Source of the DNA: Negaprion brevirostris
Lineage: Eukaryota
Assembly (NCBI GenBank): GCA_030324005.1
Contig: JARDVH010000042.1
Coordinates: forward strand, 51,389,522 to 51,453,521
DNA: 64,000 bases
Direction of reading: 5' to 3'
Shown: piece by piece, positions 25,558 to 36,597 of the stretch
How positions within the stretch are numbered: position 1 is the stretch's first letter
How the letters are laid out: each line of letters starts with the position of its first letter
Position numbers and translations under genes: made by a program
Notes under the pieces: model-generated
Database searches by the model: none
The model's input: only the letters and a program-made list of their open reading frames with translations
Told to the model about the DNA's origin: nothing

Positions 25558-27034
25558 CTGGAGTTACAAGCACAATAATGTATCCAGTGCCAAATGCAGC
25601 TTGAAGCAAAGTAGTAAACAGAGGAGGTCACAGTGATTTAAGGGTTAAATGGATTTACATGCATTCACACTTTCTGGATAGCTTCTGAGAACATGCAAGT
25701 CTATGAAACCAACTGATTTTAGAGGTACAGATCAAACATTCCTCTTGTTATCAATGCAACACCAAGAACAATGTACAGCTTTGGACATTGAGCTTCAGAA
25801 GCTAACCTTGCATGTTTCAAACACAATGCATGTTCAGAACTCTCTTTACAAAAACTAACTTTAAAATCTCATTAATTCTGAAAGGCCACGGTGCATTGAG
25901 ATATTCCTTTGTGATAACAGAGAAATAATGGATTGTGTTCACGGCCAAAGTTCTGATTGGAAAATAGTGGGTAGTCATTTGGTATCAGCAGTTATGTGAG
26001 TGACCTCCTCCAAATTGTTCACAAATATTTCCTCACTTACTTTTCTTTGTAATGGATTCCAACCACACATTCCCCCACATAAAACCTCTAGGCTGAGCTG
26101 TATCACAGTTCTAAGAAAACAGAGAATGTAAAGGTCACTTTTTAGAACAAGAGACTGTTCCACGGAGTTGAGCCAAAGGAAAAGATGTGAGAAAGTCCCA
26201 AGATATTAATGAAAAAAAAGTGTTCACTAGAGACCTTTTTTTAAAAAACAAAGGACAAACTCTCAGATAGCAGCTTAAGTATGGCCCTCATTTAATGCAG
26301 TATTATGCGGAGCTTCTCATGGGCACAGCCACTCCAGCACTGCACCCTGCAACAAACAAAAAACAAAAAACAGCCGCATGAAAACATTTTGATGGACAAC
26401 CCAAGAACTTGGCAAGAGGTCAGATAATAATGGAATATTCATTGGAGCGAAGTCAAATTGGTCCCAGACAGGTTAAGGGGAGCCATGGTGTTCCATACTG
26501 AAAGATCCAACTCTCTTGAGGTTTTATTTTGTTTCTTTGCCTACTTCAGAATGGAAATTTCACAATCATAAAGTTATCCAGCTAATGGCAAGTAATCTGA
26601 CATCCTGGCAATAAGTAAAAAACAAATGAAACATCCATGGAATAAAGAGGCAATCAATTAAAGCAATGGAACAAAGAGGGAGGGGTATGTATTCTCGATG
26701 TCCCATGCCAATTATTTTTCCTGTCTTGTGCTCCTAAAATGACAGTTACCTCAGAATTTTTTGTGGATTGGACATTTTATTTTGGCAGCATCTGTCACAT
26801 TCTACAAAATTTGTGGTTTGCCATAAACATTGCAGAATAACGACTGCATATCTGGATTTAATTTGGGGTGGGGTTGCGACTTGCAAGCACATTTAAAGCT
26901 TTCCACATTGGAAGCCAATTCTAATAATTTTCAAAATTGGCATTTGAAATTGAGGCTCCAGAATGGGAGACCACAATAGAGATGTAGGTCGTTGTTCTTT
27001 TCCCATTAATGCAAATATTTGAAGCATCAGGCTT

Positions 27035-27208
27035 GGTTCAATGGAAGCAACCCTGCCTCTGAATAAAAAAACTTGTGGATTCATGTGCGAATGCAAAACA
27101 GTCAATTTAATGCAATTGAGGATGTGCTGCATGTCTGGTGGCCTTTTGTTTTGGATAAGGGAATAAACCAAAGCCTTGTTATCTAAGGTGAATGCAATCA
27201 AATCCCAC
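27035..27208 (+). mobile_element. DeuSINE 5' half
   Basis: GAGGATGTGCTGCA...GGATAAGGGAATAAACCAAAG...AGGTGAATG...ATCCCACG; the 3' half appears to resume at 29839. Confidence 0.55.
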
Positions 27209-27239
27209 GGGCAGCACAGTGGCAAGCACTGCTACCTTA

Positions 27240-27650
27240 TCTGCGAGACATCTGAATATAAATTGTCCCACTGGTAAGACGCAGCATGGGTTCATGAAGG
27301 GCAGGTCATGTTTGAGTAATTTGGTGGAATTCTTTGAGAACGTTACATGTGCAGTGGACAATGGGGAACCTGTGGATGTGGTGTATCTGAATTTCCAGAA
27401 GGCATTTGACAAGGTGCTGCACCAAAGACTGCTACGTGAGATAAAGGTGCACGGTGTTACAGATAGTGTATTAGCGTGGATAGAGGATTGGTTAACTAAC
27501 AGAAAGCAAAGAATGGGGGTAAATGGATGTTTTACTGGTTGGTGAACAGTGACTAGTGGTATGCCTCAAGGCTCAGTGCTGGGACCACAATTGTTTATGA
27601 TTTAAATAGATGATTTGGAGTTAGGGACCAAGTGTAGTGTGTTAAAATTT
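27240..27650 (+). mobile_element. CR1 LINE reverse transcriptase fragment (disrupted)
   Basis: QHGFMKGRSCLSNLVEFFE...VDVVYLNFQKAFDKV...GMPQGSVLGPQLF...DDLELGTKCSVLKF. Confidence 0.95.
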
Positions 27651-28292
27651 GATTTCATTTGCCCCAAGTGCTATATCCAGCCACCTCTTGAATACATTCA
27701 ATGTTTTGTCATCAACTACTTCCTGTGGTAATGACTTCCAGAAGCTCTCCACTCTTTGGGTGTAGAAATGTCTCCTCACCGCCATCCAAAATGGTCTACT
27801 CTCAATCCTCAGGCTGTGACCCCTAGTTCTGGACTCCTCCCACCATTGGGAATATCCTCCCTGCATCAAACCTGTTCAATCCTGTTAGAATTTTATAATT
27901 CTCTGTGAGATGCCCCCCTTATTCGTCTGAACTCCAGCGAAAACAATCGTAACCTGGTCAATCTCTCCTCGTACATCAGTCCCGCCATCCCTGGAATCAG
28001 CCTGGTAAACCTTTGCCGCACTCCCTCAAGAGCAAGAACATCCTTCCTCTGAAAAGGAGACCAAAACTGCACACAATACTCCAGGTGTGGCCTCATCAAG
28101 ACCCTGTATAACTGCAACAACACATCCCTGCTCCTGTACTTGAAATCTCTCGCAATGAAGGCCAACATGCCATTTGCTTTTTTTATCGCCTGCTGCACCT
28201 GCATGCTTAGCTTCAGCGACTGGTACACAAGGACACCCAGGTCCTGCTGCACACTCCCTTCTCCCAATGCACAGCCATTCAGGTAGCAATCA
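27648..28292 (-). mobile_element. CR1 LINE ORF2 C-terminal fragment
   Basis: QDLGVLV...KKANGMLAFIAR...LMRPHLEYCVQFWSP...TRGHSLRI. Confidence 0.95.
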
Positions 28293-28295
28293 GAT

Positions 28296-28420
28296 TGACT
28301 GATATTGACCAGGAGTTTGGGGAGAACTTCCTGATCTTNNNNNNNNNNGTCAACCTGGATCCTGCACATGCCCCCAAACTGGGCAACTTTCTGACCTAAA
28401 AGCAAAAGTGCACACACAGT
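28296..28420 (-). mobile_element. DeuSINE fragment
   Basis: gatattgaccaggagtttggggagaacttcctgatctt is the reverse complement of the Deu core. Confidence 0.5.
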
Positions 28421-29127
28421 TGTTTCCTTAGCTTTCAACCTTCTGCCTTACGCAGGGCTGTTCCTGTTGAGGGTAGTCAATGTGAGAGGAGAATGGGATT
28501 ATTCACTCTGAGACAATCGGGTGGAAGTGCTGATGTTCTTTCCTGCGATGCCATAAACATGTTCTTGACCTTCACAGCTGGTTAGTCAGGGGTCTGCACA
28601 CTGGCTGCACGGTTATTAAATATTACACTCTTGTAATTTATACTGTCATGTTAACAGACAAATAGATAGTTGCTGCATTGCAATTACATTGTTAAGAAAT
28701 TGCTCACTTGCCCATGAATGGCATTATGCTCTCTGTTCTTTGTCTAGATCTTAAAATACAAGAATTGTTTTTTTTAGCATCTGACCTCTACCTGAGGGGA
28801 TTGACCTTTCTGACATTTGTTGAAATATTTGAGAATTAACTTACAATTTCCCATCGCAAAACCAGTTAATGTTAATTCCTCAAGTTCCTCCACTTCTGTC
28901 TAAAGTGTGCAAGATTTATTTTGTCTAAGAGAAAATGCAAACCTCTATCAGAGAGCTCTCAAAAATTGCAACTGGTTACCACATTGAAAAAAAGAAAATA
29001 CTTATCTTTATACAGAACCCGGATAAGACCAAGAGTGGTACAACCAGGAAGGTGTAGTCTCTGGAGCAGTGCAGGAAATGCAGTTTGCTGTTTGAACACA
29101 GCAAGCACTCACAAGCAGCAATCGGCT

Positions 29128-29277
29128 CAAAGAACAAAGAACAAAGAAAATTACAGCATAGGAACAGGCCCTTCGGCCCTCCAAGCCTGCATCAACCATG
29201 TTGCCCAACTAAACTAACCCCCCCACCCCACCCCCGCCCTTCCTGGGGCCATATCCCTCCATTCCCATCTTATTCAT
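29128..29277 (-). mobile_element. CR1 3' tail
   Basis: (caaagaa)n tail, ggaacaggcccttcggccc hairpin. Confidence 0.85.
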
Positions 29278-29377
29278 NNNNNNNNNNNNNNNNNNNNNNN
29301 NNNNNNNNNNNNNNNNNNNNNNNNNNNNNNNNNNNNNNNNNNNNNNNNNNNNNNNNNNNNNNNNNNNNNNNNNNNNN

Positions 29378-29557
29378 CTCGTTGAATGTTTTTAAAGCAA
29401 GAATAGATAAATTTTTGAACCGTCATGGAATTAAGGGTTATGGTGGGCCAGCGGGTAGGTGGAGCTGAGTCCACAAAAAGATCAGCCATGATCTTATTGA
29501 ATGGCAGAGCAGGCTGGAGGGCCAGATGGCCTACTCCTGCACCTGGTTCTTATGTTC
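29378..29557 (+). mobile_element. CR1 3' end
   Basis: SLNVFKARIDKFL...GIKGYG, GATGGCCTACTCCTGC...TTCTTATGTTCT tail. Confidence 0.9.
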
Positions 29558-29838
29558 TCACAACGCCAGGGACCCAGGTTCAATTCTGCACATTCTCCCT
29601 ACATCTGCATGGGTTTCTTCTGAGTACTCTGGTTTCCTCTGTCCAAAGATGTGCAGGTTAGGTGGATTAGCCATGCTAAATTGCCCCTTCACGTCTAAAG
29701 ATGTGTAGGTTAGGGAATTAGGAGGGTAAATATATGGGATTACGGGGATAGGGAGGGGGAGGGGTGATTTTGGATAAAATACTCTGTCAGCGAGCTGATG
29801 GGCCAAGTGGCCTCCTTCTACACTGTAGAGATTCTATT
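29557..29838 (+). mobile_element. HE1 SINE body (head at 27209-27239)
   Basis: Begins CTCACAACGCCAGGGACCC, where the head at 27209-27239 stops. Confidence 0.85.
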
Positions 29839-30070
29839 CGATATGGTTCAGTAGAACAGCAAAGAAATTTTCCTAATGATTTGGCTGTTATTCATCCTCA
29901 ACCAACATCACTAAAGTCTATTGGATTATCAGATTGTTTCTGGGAGCTTACTGTGCATAACTTTGTTGCTGCATCTCCCAAATCACAACAGTAGCTACAC
30001 TTCAAAATGCATCATTAACTGGAAATCATTTTAGGATGTTTTGAGGCTTTATAAATACAGGTTTACTTTC
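29839..30070 (+). mobile_element. DeuSINE 3' half
   Basis: CCTCAACCAACATCACTAAAG...TGGGAGCTTACTGTGCATAA...CACAACAGTAGCTACACTTCAAAA. Confidence 0.7.
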
Positions 30071-30145
30071 TAAAACTATCTAGTACTTGAGGTGATATTC
30101 TTTTTCACCTTCAAAAGCAATGCACTGGAAGAAATAACTCCAGCC

Positions 30146-30424
30146 CAAATGTACACATTTTTGAAGCTTTTATATGATGGTTAAAAATGCTAACTCAGTC
30201 TGCTACCTCTTATCATAATATCACAATTTGGGTTCCTATACTGTTCATAGTTCTGATTTTGTCCTCACACTGCAGCAGACCTCACAGCACCAAAGTGGGG
30301 AGGATGAAGCTGAGAAAAGAACTGGGTCATCCAGACTCGAAACATTGGCTCTATTCTGTACCCACAGATGCTGTCAGACCCGCTGAGATTTTCCAGTGCT
30401 TTGTTTTTGTTGCAGCAAAACTTG
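30146..30424 (+). repeat. ~280-bp direct repeat, copy 1 (contains a Penelope-type end)
   Basis: Aligns end to end with 31525-31805 with scattered substitutions and one 2-bp indel. Confidence 0.95.
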
Positions 30425-30462
30425 TTCCTTCAGGTACACACATTTCCTGAGAAGCTACATAC

Positions 30463-30614
30463 AGCTGGGCAGAATATGGTACAGTTTCCAACCTGGCTGT
30501 TGTACTCTTCCAGATGAAGGACGCGGGGGTCAGTGGGAAGGGGCAGTAAGAGAAAAATACTAACACGTGGTAAGCTTTGGAATATCACCATCATTTCCTC
30601 CAATTGCTTCTCGC
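30463..30614 (-). pseudogene. Exon remnant
   Basis: Acceptor tgccatcattcag, donor GCT/gtatgt; EKQLEEMMVIFQSLPRVSIFLLLPLPTDPRVLHLEEYNSQ in phase 1 with the upstream exon. Confidence 0.6.
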
Positions 30615-31139
30615 CTGAATGATGGCACAACAAACTTTATAGGAAAGCAAAGACAGATGCAGTGGGATGGTACCTGGAGATAAAGCCCAGCTGTTGCTCA
30701 ATACAAAACTATTTAGATTACAAAGACAGACTGTCCTCTTCAACTGAAATATTTATGCAACCCCACGTGCATCACGCTCTTGGAACGAATATTTTTGCAA
30801 AGAAGTCTGTTCCTAGCTGTCAATGATGAGTTCTCCTGATAAGTATGTAAGAAACAGGCCACTGCTGCAATGTTAACATGACAGCATACCTATGTTCCCT
30901 TATGTTTAAGGGTTCCTCTGTCCAAGTATGATATGCTCAAAAATGTCCAGCAAGCTTATAGCTTTGAACCTCAAGCGTTTCATTGTTTTAAGGCTCCACC
31001 ACAAAATCTTTAAAGTATTTATTTTTAATGAGATCACCACATTAGCTGGTGAAGCTAGACCAGACACCTGGATGTTGATGAATGGTCGTTGCTCAGACAC
31101 AGCACCCTGATGCAGCTGATTTGCTGTGTAATAATAAAA

Positions 31140-31470
31140 ATTGAGTGGACATGGGAAAGATGCTTCCATTACTCGGCCAGACTAGGATCCGAGGGCACAG
31201 CCTCAGAATAAAGGGACGACCCTCAACAGAGATGAGAAGGAATTTCTTCAGTCGGAGGGTGATGAATCTATGGAATTCATTGTCACAGGAGGTTAAGGTG
31301 GCTAGGTCATTGAGTATATTAAAGACAGAGATGGATTCTTGATTAACAAGGGGATCAGAGATTACAGGGAAAAGGCAGAACAGGTTGAGAAACTAATCAG
31401 TCATGATTGAATGATAGAGCAGACTCACTGGGCCAAATGGCCTAATTCTACTCTTATATTTTATGGTCAT
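31140..31470 (+). mobile_element. CR1 3' fragment
   Basis: TRIRGHSLRIKG...MRRNFFSRRVMNLWNSL plus GGGCCAAATGGCCTAATTCT tail. Confidence 0.9.
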
Positions 31471-31524
31471 AGGGTCTAAAGAGGCTTTTGTCATTCCCAT
31501 AGCACATTTGTCAGCCCCATAGCA

Positions 31525-31805
31525 CAAATGTACACATTTTTGGAGCTTTTATATGATAGTTAAAAATGCTAACTCTCAGTCTGCTATCTCTTATCACAAT
31601 ATCACAATTTGGGTTCCTATATTGTCCATAGTTCTGATTTTGTCTTCACACAGCAGCAGACCTCACAGTACCAAAGTGAGGAGGATGAAGCTGAGAAAAG
31701 AACTGGGTCATCCAGACTCGAAACATTGGCTCTACTCTGTACCCACAGATGCTGTCAGACCCGCTAAGATTTTCCAGCGCTTTGTTTTTGTTGCAGCAAA
31801 ACTTG
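31525..31805 (+). repeat. ~280-bp direct repeat, copy 2
   Basis: See 30146-30424. Confidence 0.95.
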
Positions 31806-32591
31806 CTCAATTCTGGGTGGGAAGGCATTGGCATCTCAGGACTTTGTAATGACTTAACAAAGTCATCCATCAACTCTCAAGTTAACTAACAACTTTTTTA
31901 CTTAAAACTTCTAGCAATAGATCAAAACTAGAAAACATACATCTTAGAATTGGAAATCAAGAATAATCATATCTTGCAACTAGCTAACATTTCCAAGGAT
32001 TAGATTTAAGCAGATATCAAGTTAATGTTCTAAACTCTGCTACTATTTTCAGCCTCTCCCTTTTTCTCCTATGCTAGCTTCCACATTCATACCAGAAACT
32101 TGAGAGCACAAAACATTTTGATTAGCATCATTGATGCTGCTTCTTATTTGACCTTCAGCAGTGCAAGAAATCAACTTAAATCCCAACCCAACCCTGAAGA
32201 TACTGCTCAACTTCTAACACTCCAACTGCAGCAACCTCACTAAGTCTCACTCTAAGGAAATTGAAGCACCCAAAGTTAATTAAAAATAGTGAAATTTAAT
32301 TCCTCTCGACAAGTATTCAGTATTCTTCACAATAGAGCCACTAAGCCTCACAACCTCACGCTTAAAATTGATTTGGAGAAATTTACAAGAATGAAAGAAA
32401 GCCAAATCAAATTTTCAACACTTTTTGTGCGAAATGTTTTGGGATCAAATCCCTCTGCACGTCAATTAGGGTCGCAATCGATGTAGTTTTCATCATTTAT
32501 AAAGAGGGTGAAAATCAACATCTCCAGATGTCCATTTCCCAATGTTCACAGGTCTGATCTTTTCTAGGTTTGTAGCTACAAGCTCACTTAC

Positions 32592-32848
32592 CGTCAAATG
32601 TGTGATTGCAGTGAGTTAGAATTCTATGTAGATCACTTCCTTCTTCATTCAATTTAACCCCAAAAATGGGATTCATTCATTAAGTATGTTTGTAACCTTG
32701 ATAAATTCTATTTGTTTGATATCTGGTCATCTGCTTCTTCAAAATGCTTTTGTATAATGTCTCATTTTGATGCACGCATGCAGAAGAATACTTGATAGAT
32801 TGTGCTTCTGCATATTGATGAACAGTTTCTTTAAGATGAAGGCTAGTA
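32592..32848 (-). pseudogene. Exon remnant
   Basis: Acceptor ttaattttacag, consensus donor ACG/gtaagt; TSLHLKETVHQYAEAQ...YQGYKHT**MNPIFGVKLNEEGSDLHRILTHCNHTFD in one frame. Confidence 0.7.
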
Positions 32849-33343
32849 CTGTAAAATTAAATTTGCACAAGGTTTAAAATAGCCAAAAGCAATATTCACT
32901 TTCTCCACATTTATTTCATGAATATTTTTTCTTTCATTCAAGTCTTGCTTTCGAACATTATTTTGTATGATTGACAAATGCAAGGTTTGTCCAGGTTGAT
33001 AGAAGTACCTGGAAGTGTAACATCCTACTTTATACTTCATACCAAGTGTACAGATGCTGCAATAAATCTTTTCCCCTTATGAGAACATATCATGGAAAAT
33101 TAAGTACAGCAATAGAGGAGCTGTGGACTTTGTCCCCAAGCACTAGTAGCAAAGAAACTATTCAATCTCTGGATGAATAACCAGTCTATTTTTTTCCTCT
33201 TTTACAACATGTTTATAGTGGAAGTAATTTTTCGTGACCTTTTGATAAAAGTCAGACTCAAATACTATATAGTGCACACACATTTTATTTAAGTAACATG
33301 GAGTAGGCCATTCGGCTCTTTGAGCTGCTCCGCCATTCTTCAT

Positions 33344-33659
33344 CACAGTAAGAAGTCTCACAACACCAGTTGAAGTCCAACAGGTTTATTTGGAATCATG
33401 AGCTTTCGGAACGCTGCTCCTTCGTTAGGTGAGTGGAGAGGTGGGTTCCCAAAAACAGCATATATAGACAGAGACACAATTGCAAGATAATGTCTATATA
33501 TCATCTTGCAGAGAAAATGTCTCTCTCTATATATGCTATGTTTGTGAACTAGCCTCTCCACTCACCTGATGAAGGATTCTAAATCTGTTAGACTTTAACC
33601 TGGTGTTGAGAGATTTCTTACTGTGCCCATCCCAGTCCAACACCAGCATCGCCACATCA
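33344..33659. mobile_element. Penelope-derived palindromic element with hammerhead-like cores
   Basis: Arms cacagtaagaagtctcacaacacca.../...tggtgttgagagatttcttactgtg; inserted in a CR1 tail; same terminus at 62507-62545 and about 24219-24243. Confidence 0.75.
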
Positions 33660-33812
33660 CTTGATAATGGATGATCATCAAATTCTGATCATCCTGCTTC
33701 CTACTATACATTCCACAACACCACCTCAGCAGGACTTAGGGCTCCATGCATCTAGATTAATTTGTTATCTTCCATTATTGCTGTTTTAATTAGGTCGACA
33801 ATAAATGCAAAC

Positions 33813-33923
33813 CTCCCAGCTGAAGTTAAAATGTGACTTGCAACGTTGTAAACAATCATATTAGAATTGCAAAATGGTTCTTTTTCTTCTGCCTTAGCTC
33901 GAAAGATTTCTGTATTCACTGGG
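33813..33923 (-). pseudogene. Exon remnant
   Basis: Acceptor cattttactttcaag, donor GAG/gtttgc; open frame PVNTEIFRAKAEEKEPFCNSNMIVYNVASHILTSAG, phase 2 into the next exon. Confidence 0.6.
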
Positions 33924-34380
33924 CTTGAAAGTAAAATGAGTGAAAGGGATTTTCTTACCTTAACACATAAATGTTCAGAAAATGGCAAAATCAGAGAAAT
34001 CTAATATCACAGGAACCACAAGATGAAGCAACAGCAGCAAGTTAAATGCTCAAGGCAAGGTTTCACGTAATTGTTGGCACAGACACATGGTGAATGAAGC
34101 AAGATCCTGCACTAATCCAAACCCAGATTTCAAGCTTGGAAACATGTTAGTGTGAAAAAGCAGCTGTGCAAAGGGTGTGTATTTTGGGCAAGGCTCAGTT
34201 TAAAGTTTGAAAGCACTTAAGTTGCTCTTCAAAACAATTTTTGATGGCAGTGTTCCAGGATACTTACATTTACGTAAAGGAGCGAGAAAGGGAGAAATAC
34301 ACTAATCAATACATTAATTGCATCTGAATGTTTTTGATTAATATTTTAAAAGGAAAATTTAAAGCACCAGACAAAAATGA

Positions 34381-34510
34381 AGGCCAGAGTTCTCAGGTCT
34401 CACACGCCCCGCTACTGCTGCCAATGGGAATGGAGAATTTGGCACTCAGCCAAACGTTGATTCACTGCAGCGGGACTGGAGAAACCAGAACGAGGTTTGA
34501 AAATTTCAGC
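34381..34510. mobile_element. Short palindromic MITE
   Basis: ggccagagttctc...gagaatttggcactcagccaaa...gaaaatttcagcc. Confidence 0.65.
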
Positions 34511-34597
34511 CAAAATCTTTAAAATCAAGCTAATTGTGTAGATCTGGTGGTCACGTACACACTGCAATGACATGGGTACATAAGGGGTGTGCTGGTA

Positions 34598-35427
34598 GGG
34601 CAGGAGTTCTCCCCAGAGTGTGGTCAGACACACAGCATGTAAGAGTTGTTCAGAATTGACAAACTGCTATTGAGCCTGGGGTGATTCGTACTGAACACTC
34701 GCGTTTTATAATATTTTTGGAAATGGATACCCAAAGACGCCAGCAAGCCCAGTTCCTCAGAGTGGGCGCCTTGATCTCAAAGTTATGTTGAAGGACCCAC
34801 TACCCGCCCCCATTGACAGCCCAACCTCTCCACAGACATGGGAACACCCTAGAAGTACATTTTTCACCCCTTCCCCCACATCACTAATTGTCTGGGGTCA
34901 GACACCAACCACCCCACCCTCTTCTGTCCGTCCCCCACCTGTCACACACATCCCCTTCTTCTAACATCGAGGCAAGAGCAATGCCCCCATCCCCATCCCC
35001 CATGCCCCCTCCAGGCCCCACACCTTGCCAGTGCCACCCAGGCAACCTAGCAATGTCAACCTGGAAGTGCCAATCTGGCTAGCATTGCCAGGGTTCCAGN
35101 NNNNNNNNNNNNNNNNNNNNNNNNNNNNNNNNNNNNNNNNNNNNNNNNNNNNNNNNNNNNNNNNNCCACCTCAACTGGTTTCCATTTTTGAAAGCTAGTA
35201 GTGATTCACACCAGGTTCCTACTGTCCTTGAGGGTCGGAGAATCCTGGGAGCAGAAAGAATCCGACTTAAAACCAACTGAGAATATTTAAGTGAGGATTT
35301 AAATACGCTAATCTGCTTCACGCCCTTGCTGGGCATGAATCTGATACATCAGGTTGTGAGAGCAAGGAGAATCTCCCCAACACTAAACACACTATGGCCC
35401 TTCCCCAGGCCCGGAGAATCACACCCA
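34598..35427. mobile_element. Non-autonomous TIR element (PIF/Harbinger-like, inferred)
   Basis: gggcaggagttctcc...ggagaatcacaccc inverted termini around a C-rich interior. Confidence 0.45.
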
Positions 35428-35633
35428 TAACAATTAATGTAGCTAAACTAAAGCATTAAAAAAATGCATTGCTTCTCAACCAATGAAAAAATGGATAAAT
35501 CCAAGGCAGATAATATGGAAGTGGTCTGAACTGAGTTTTATTTGTATGCCCAAAATGCAAATGTGGGATAAATGGGCTGAATGATCTCTGCTCAACTTCA
35601 CATAGAATAGGAATCTAGCGATGAGGTTCAAGT

Positions 35634-35925
35634 GGGTAGCACGGTGGCACAGTGGTTAGCACTGCTGACTCACTGTGCCAGGAACTCAGGTTCGATTCCC
35701 TGCTTGGGTCACTGTCTGTGTGGAGTTTGCACATTCTCCCAGTGTCTGCTTGGGTTTCCTCCGGGTGTTACGGTTTCCTCCCACAGTCTGAAGGACGTGC
35801 TGGTTAGGCCATGCTAAATTCTCCCTCAGTGTAACCCGACCAGGCTCTGGGGTGTGGCGACTAGGGGGATTTTCACAGTAACTTCATCGCAGTGTTAATG
35901 TCAGCCTACTTGTGACAACTTTAAA
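35634..35925 (+). mobile_element. V-SINE, alternative tail, full length
   Basis: GGGTAGCACGGTGGCACAGTGGTTAGCAC...GGTTCGATTCC...GGATTTTCACAGTAACTTC. Confidence 0.92.
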
Positions 35926-35954
35926 ATGATTTATATCGTAGTGTGAGGTAACAC

Positions 35955-36151
35955 AATGAATCATCGAATCATAGGATCCCTACAGTGCAGAAGGAGGCCA
36001 TTCAGCCCATCGAGTCTGCACAGACCACAATCCCACCCAGGCCCTATCCCAGTAACCCCATGCATTTACCTTAGCTAATCTCCCTGACACTAAGGGGAAA
36101 TTTAGCATGGCCAATCCACCTAACACGCACATCTTTGGACTGTGGGAGGAA
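35955..36151 (-). mobile_element. HE1 SINE 3' half
   Basis: CR1-type tail plus V-domain in reverse orientation. Confidence 0.9.
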
Positions 36152-36174
36152 GCTTTAATTCACAATGGCAATTT

Positions 36175-36448
36175 AAAGTTTTTAAAGTTCATTTATTAGT
36201 ATCACAAATAGACCTACATTAACATGGCAATGAAGTTACTGTGAAAATCCCCTAGTCGCCACACTCCGGCGTCTGTTCGGGTACACTAAGGGAGAATTTA
36301 GCATGGCCAATCCACCCTAACCAGCACGTCTTTCAGACTGTGGGAGGAAACTGGAGCACCCGGAGGAAATCCACACAGACACGGGGAGAATGTGCAGACT
36401 CCGCACAGACAGTGACCCGAGCAGGGAATTAAACCTGGGTCCCTGGCC
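36175..36448 (-). mobile_element. V-SINE, alternative tail
   Basis: Reverse copy of 35634-35925. Confidence 0.9.
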
Positions 36449-36597
36449 CAGAAGATACTACAGAGAGAGGGAGAAATAAAANNNNNNNNNNNNNNNNNNN
36501 NNNNNNNNNNNNNNNNNNNNNNNNNGACCGTTCATGTTCTGCTGTTGCTGCTGCCAGTGAGAATTTGGCACTCAGCCCAATCTCCATTCACTGCAGC

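Noticed and set aside
27240-28292. Twin-priming 5' inversion of one CR1
   Set aside because: The pieces meet tail to tail, and the plus copy appears to have its own 3' end at 29378-29557
30463-30614. In-frame TGA-TGG-TGA (UxU) suggesting a selenoprotein or stop-codon readthrough
   Set aside because: Other exons contain TAA, TAG and frameshifts, another frame of this exon is open and in phase, and I saw no SECIS; decay is the simpler explanation
30146-31805. TRIM/LTR retroelement
   Set aside because: No TG...CA termini, primer-binding site, polypurine tract or TSD; the interior looks like host exon and intron DNA
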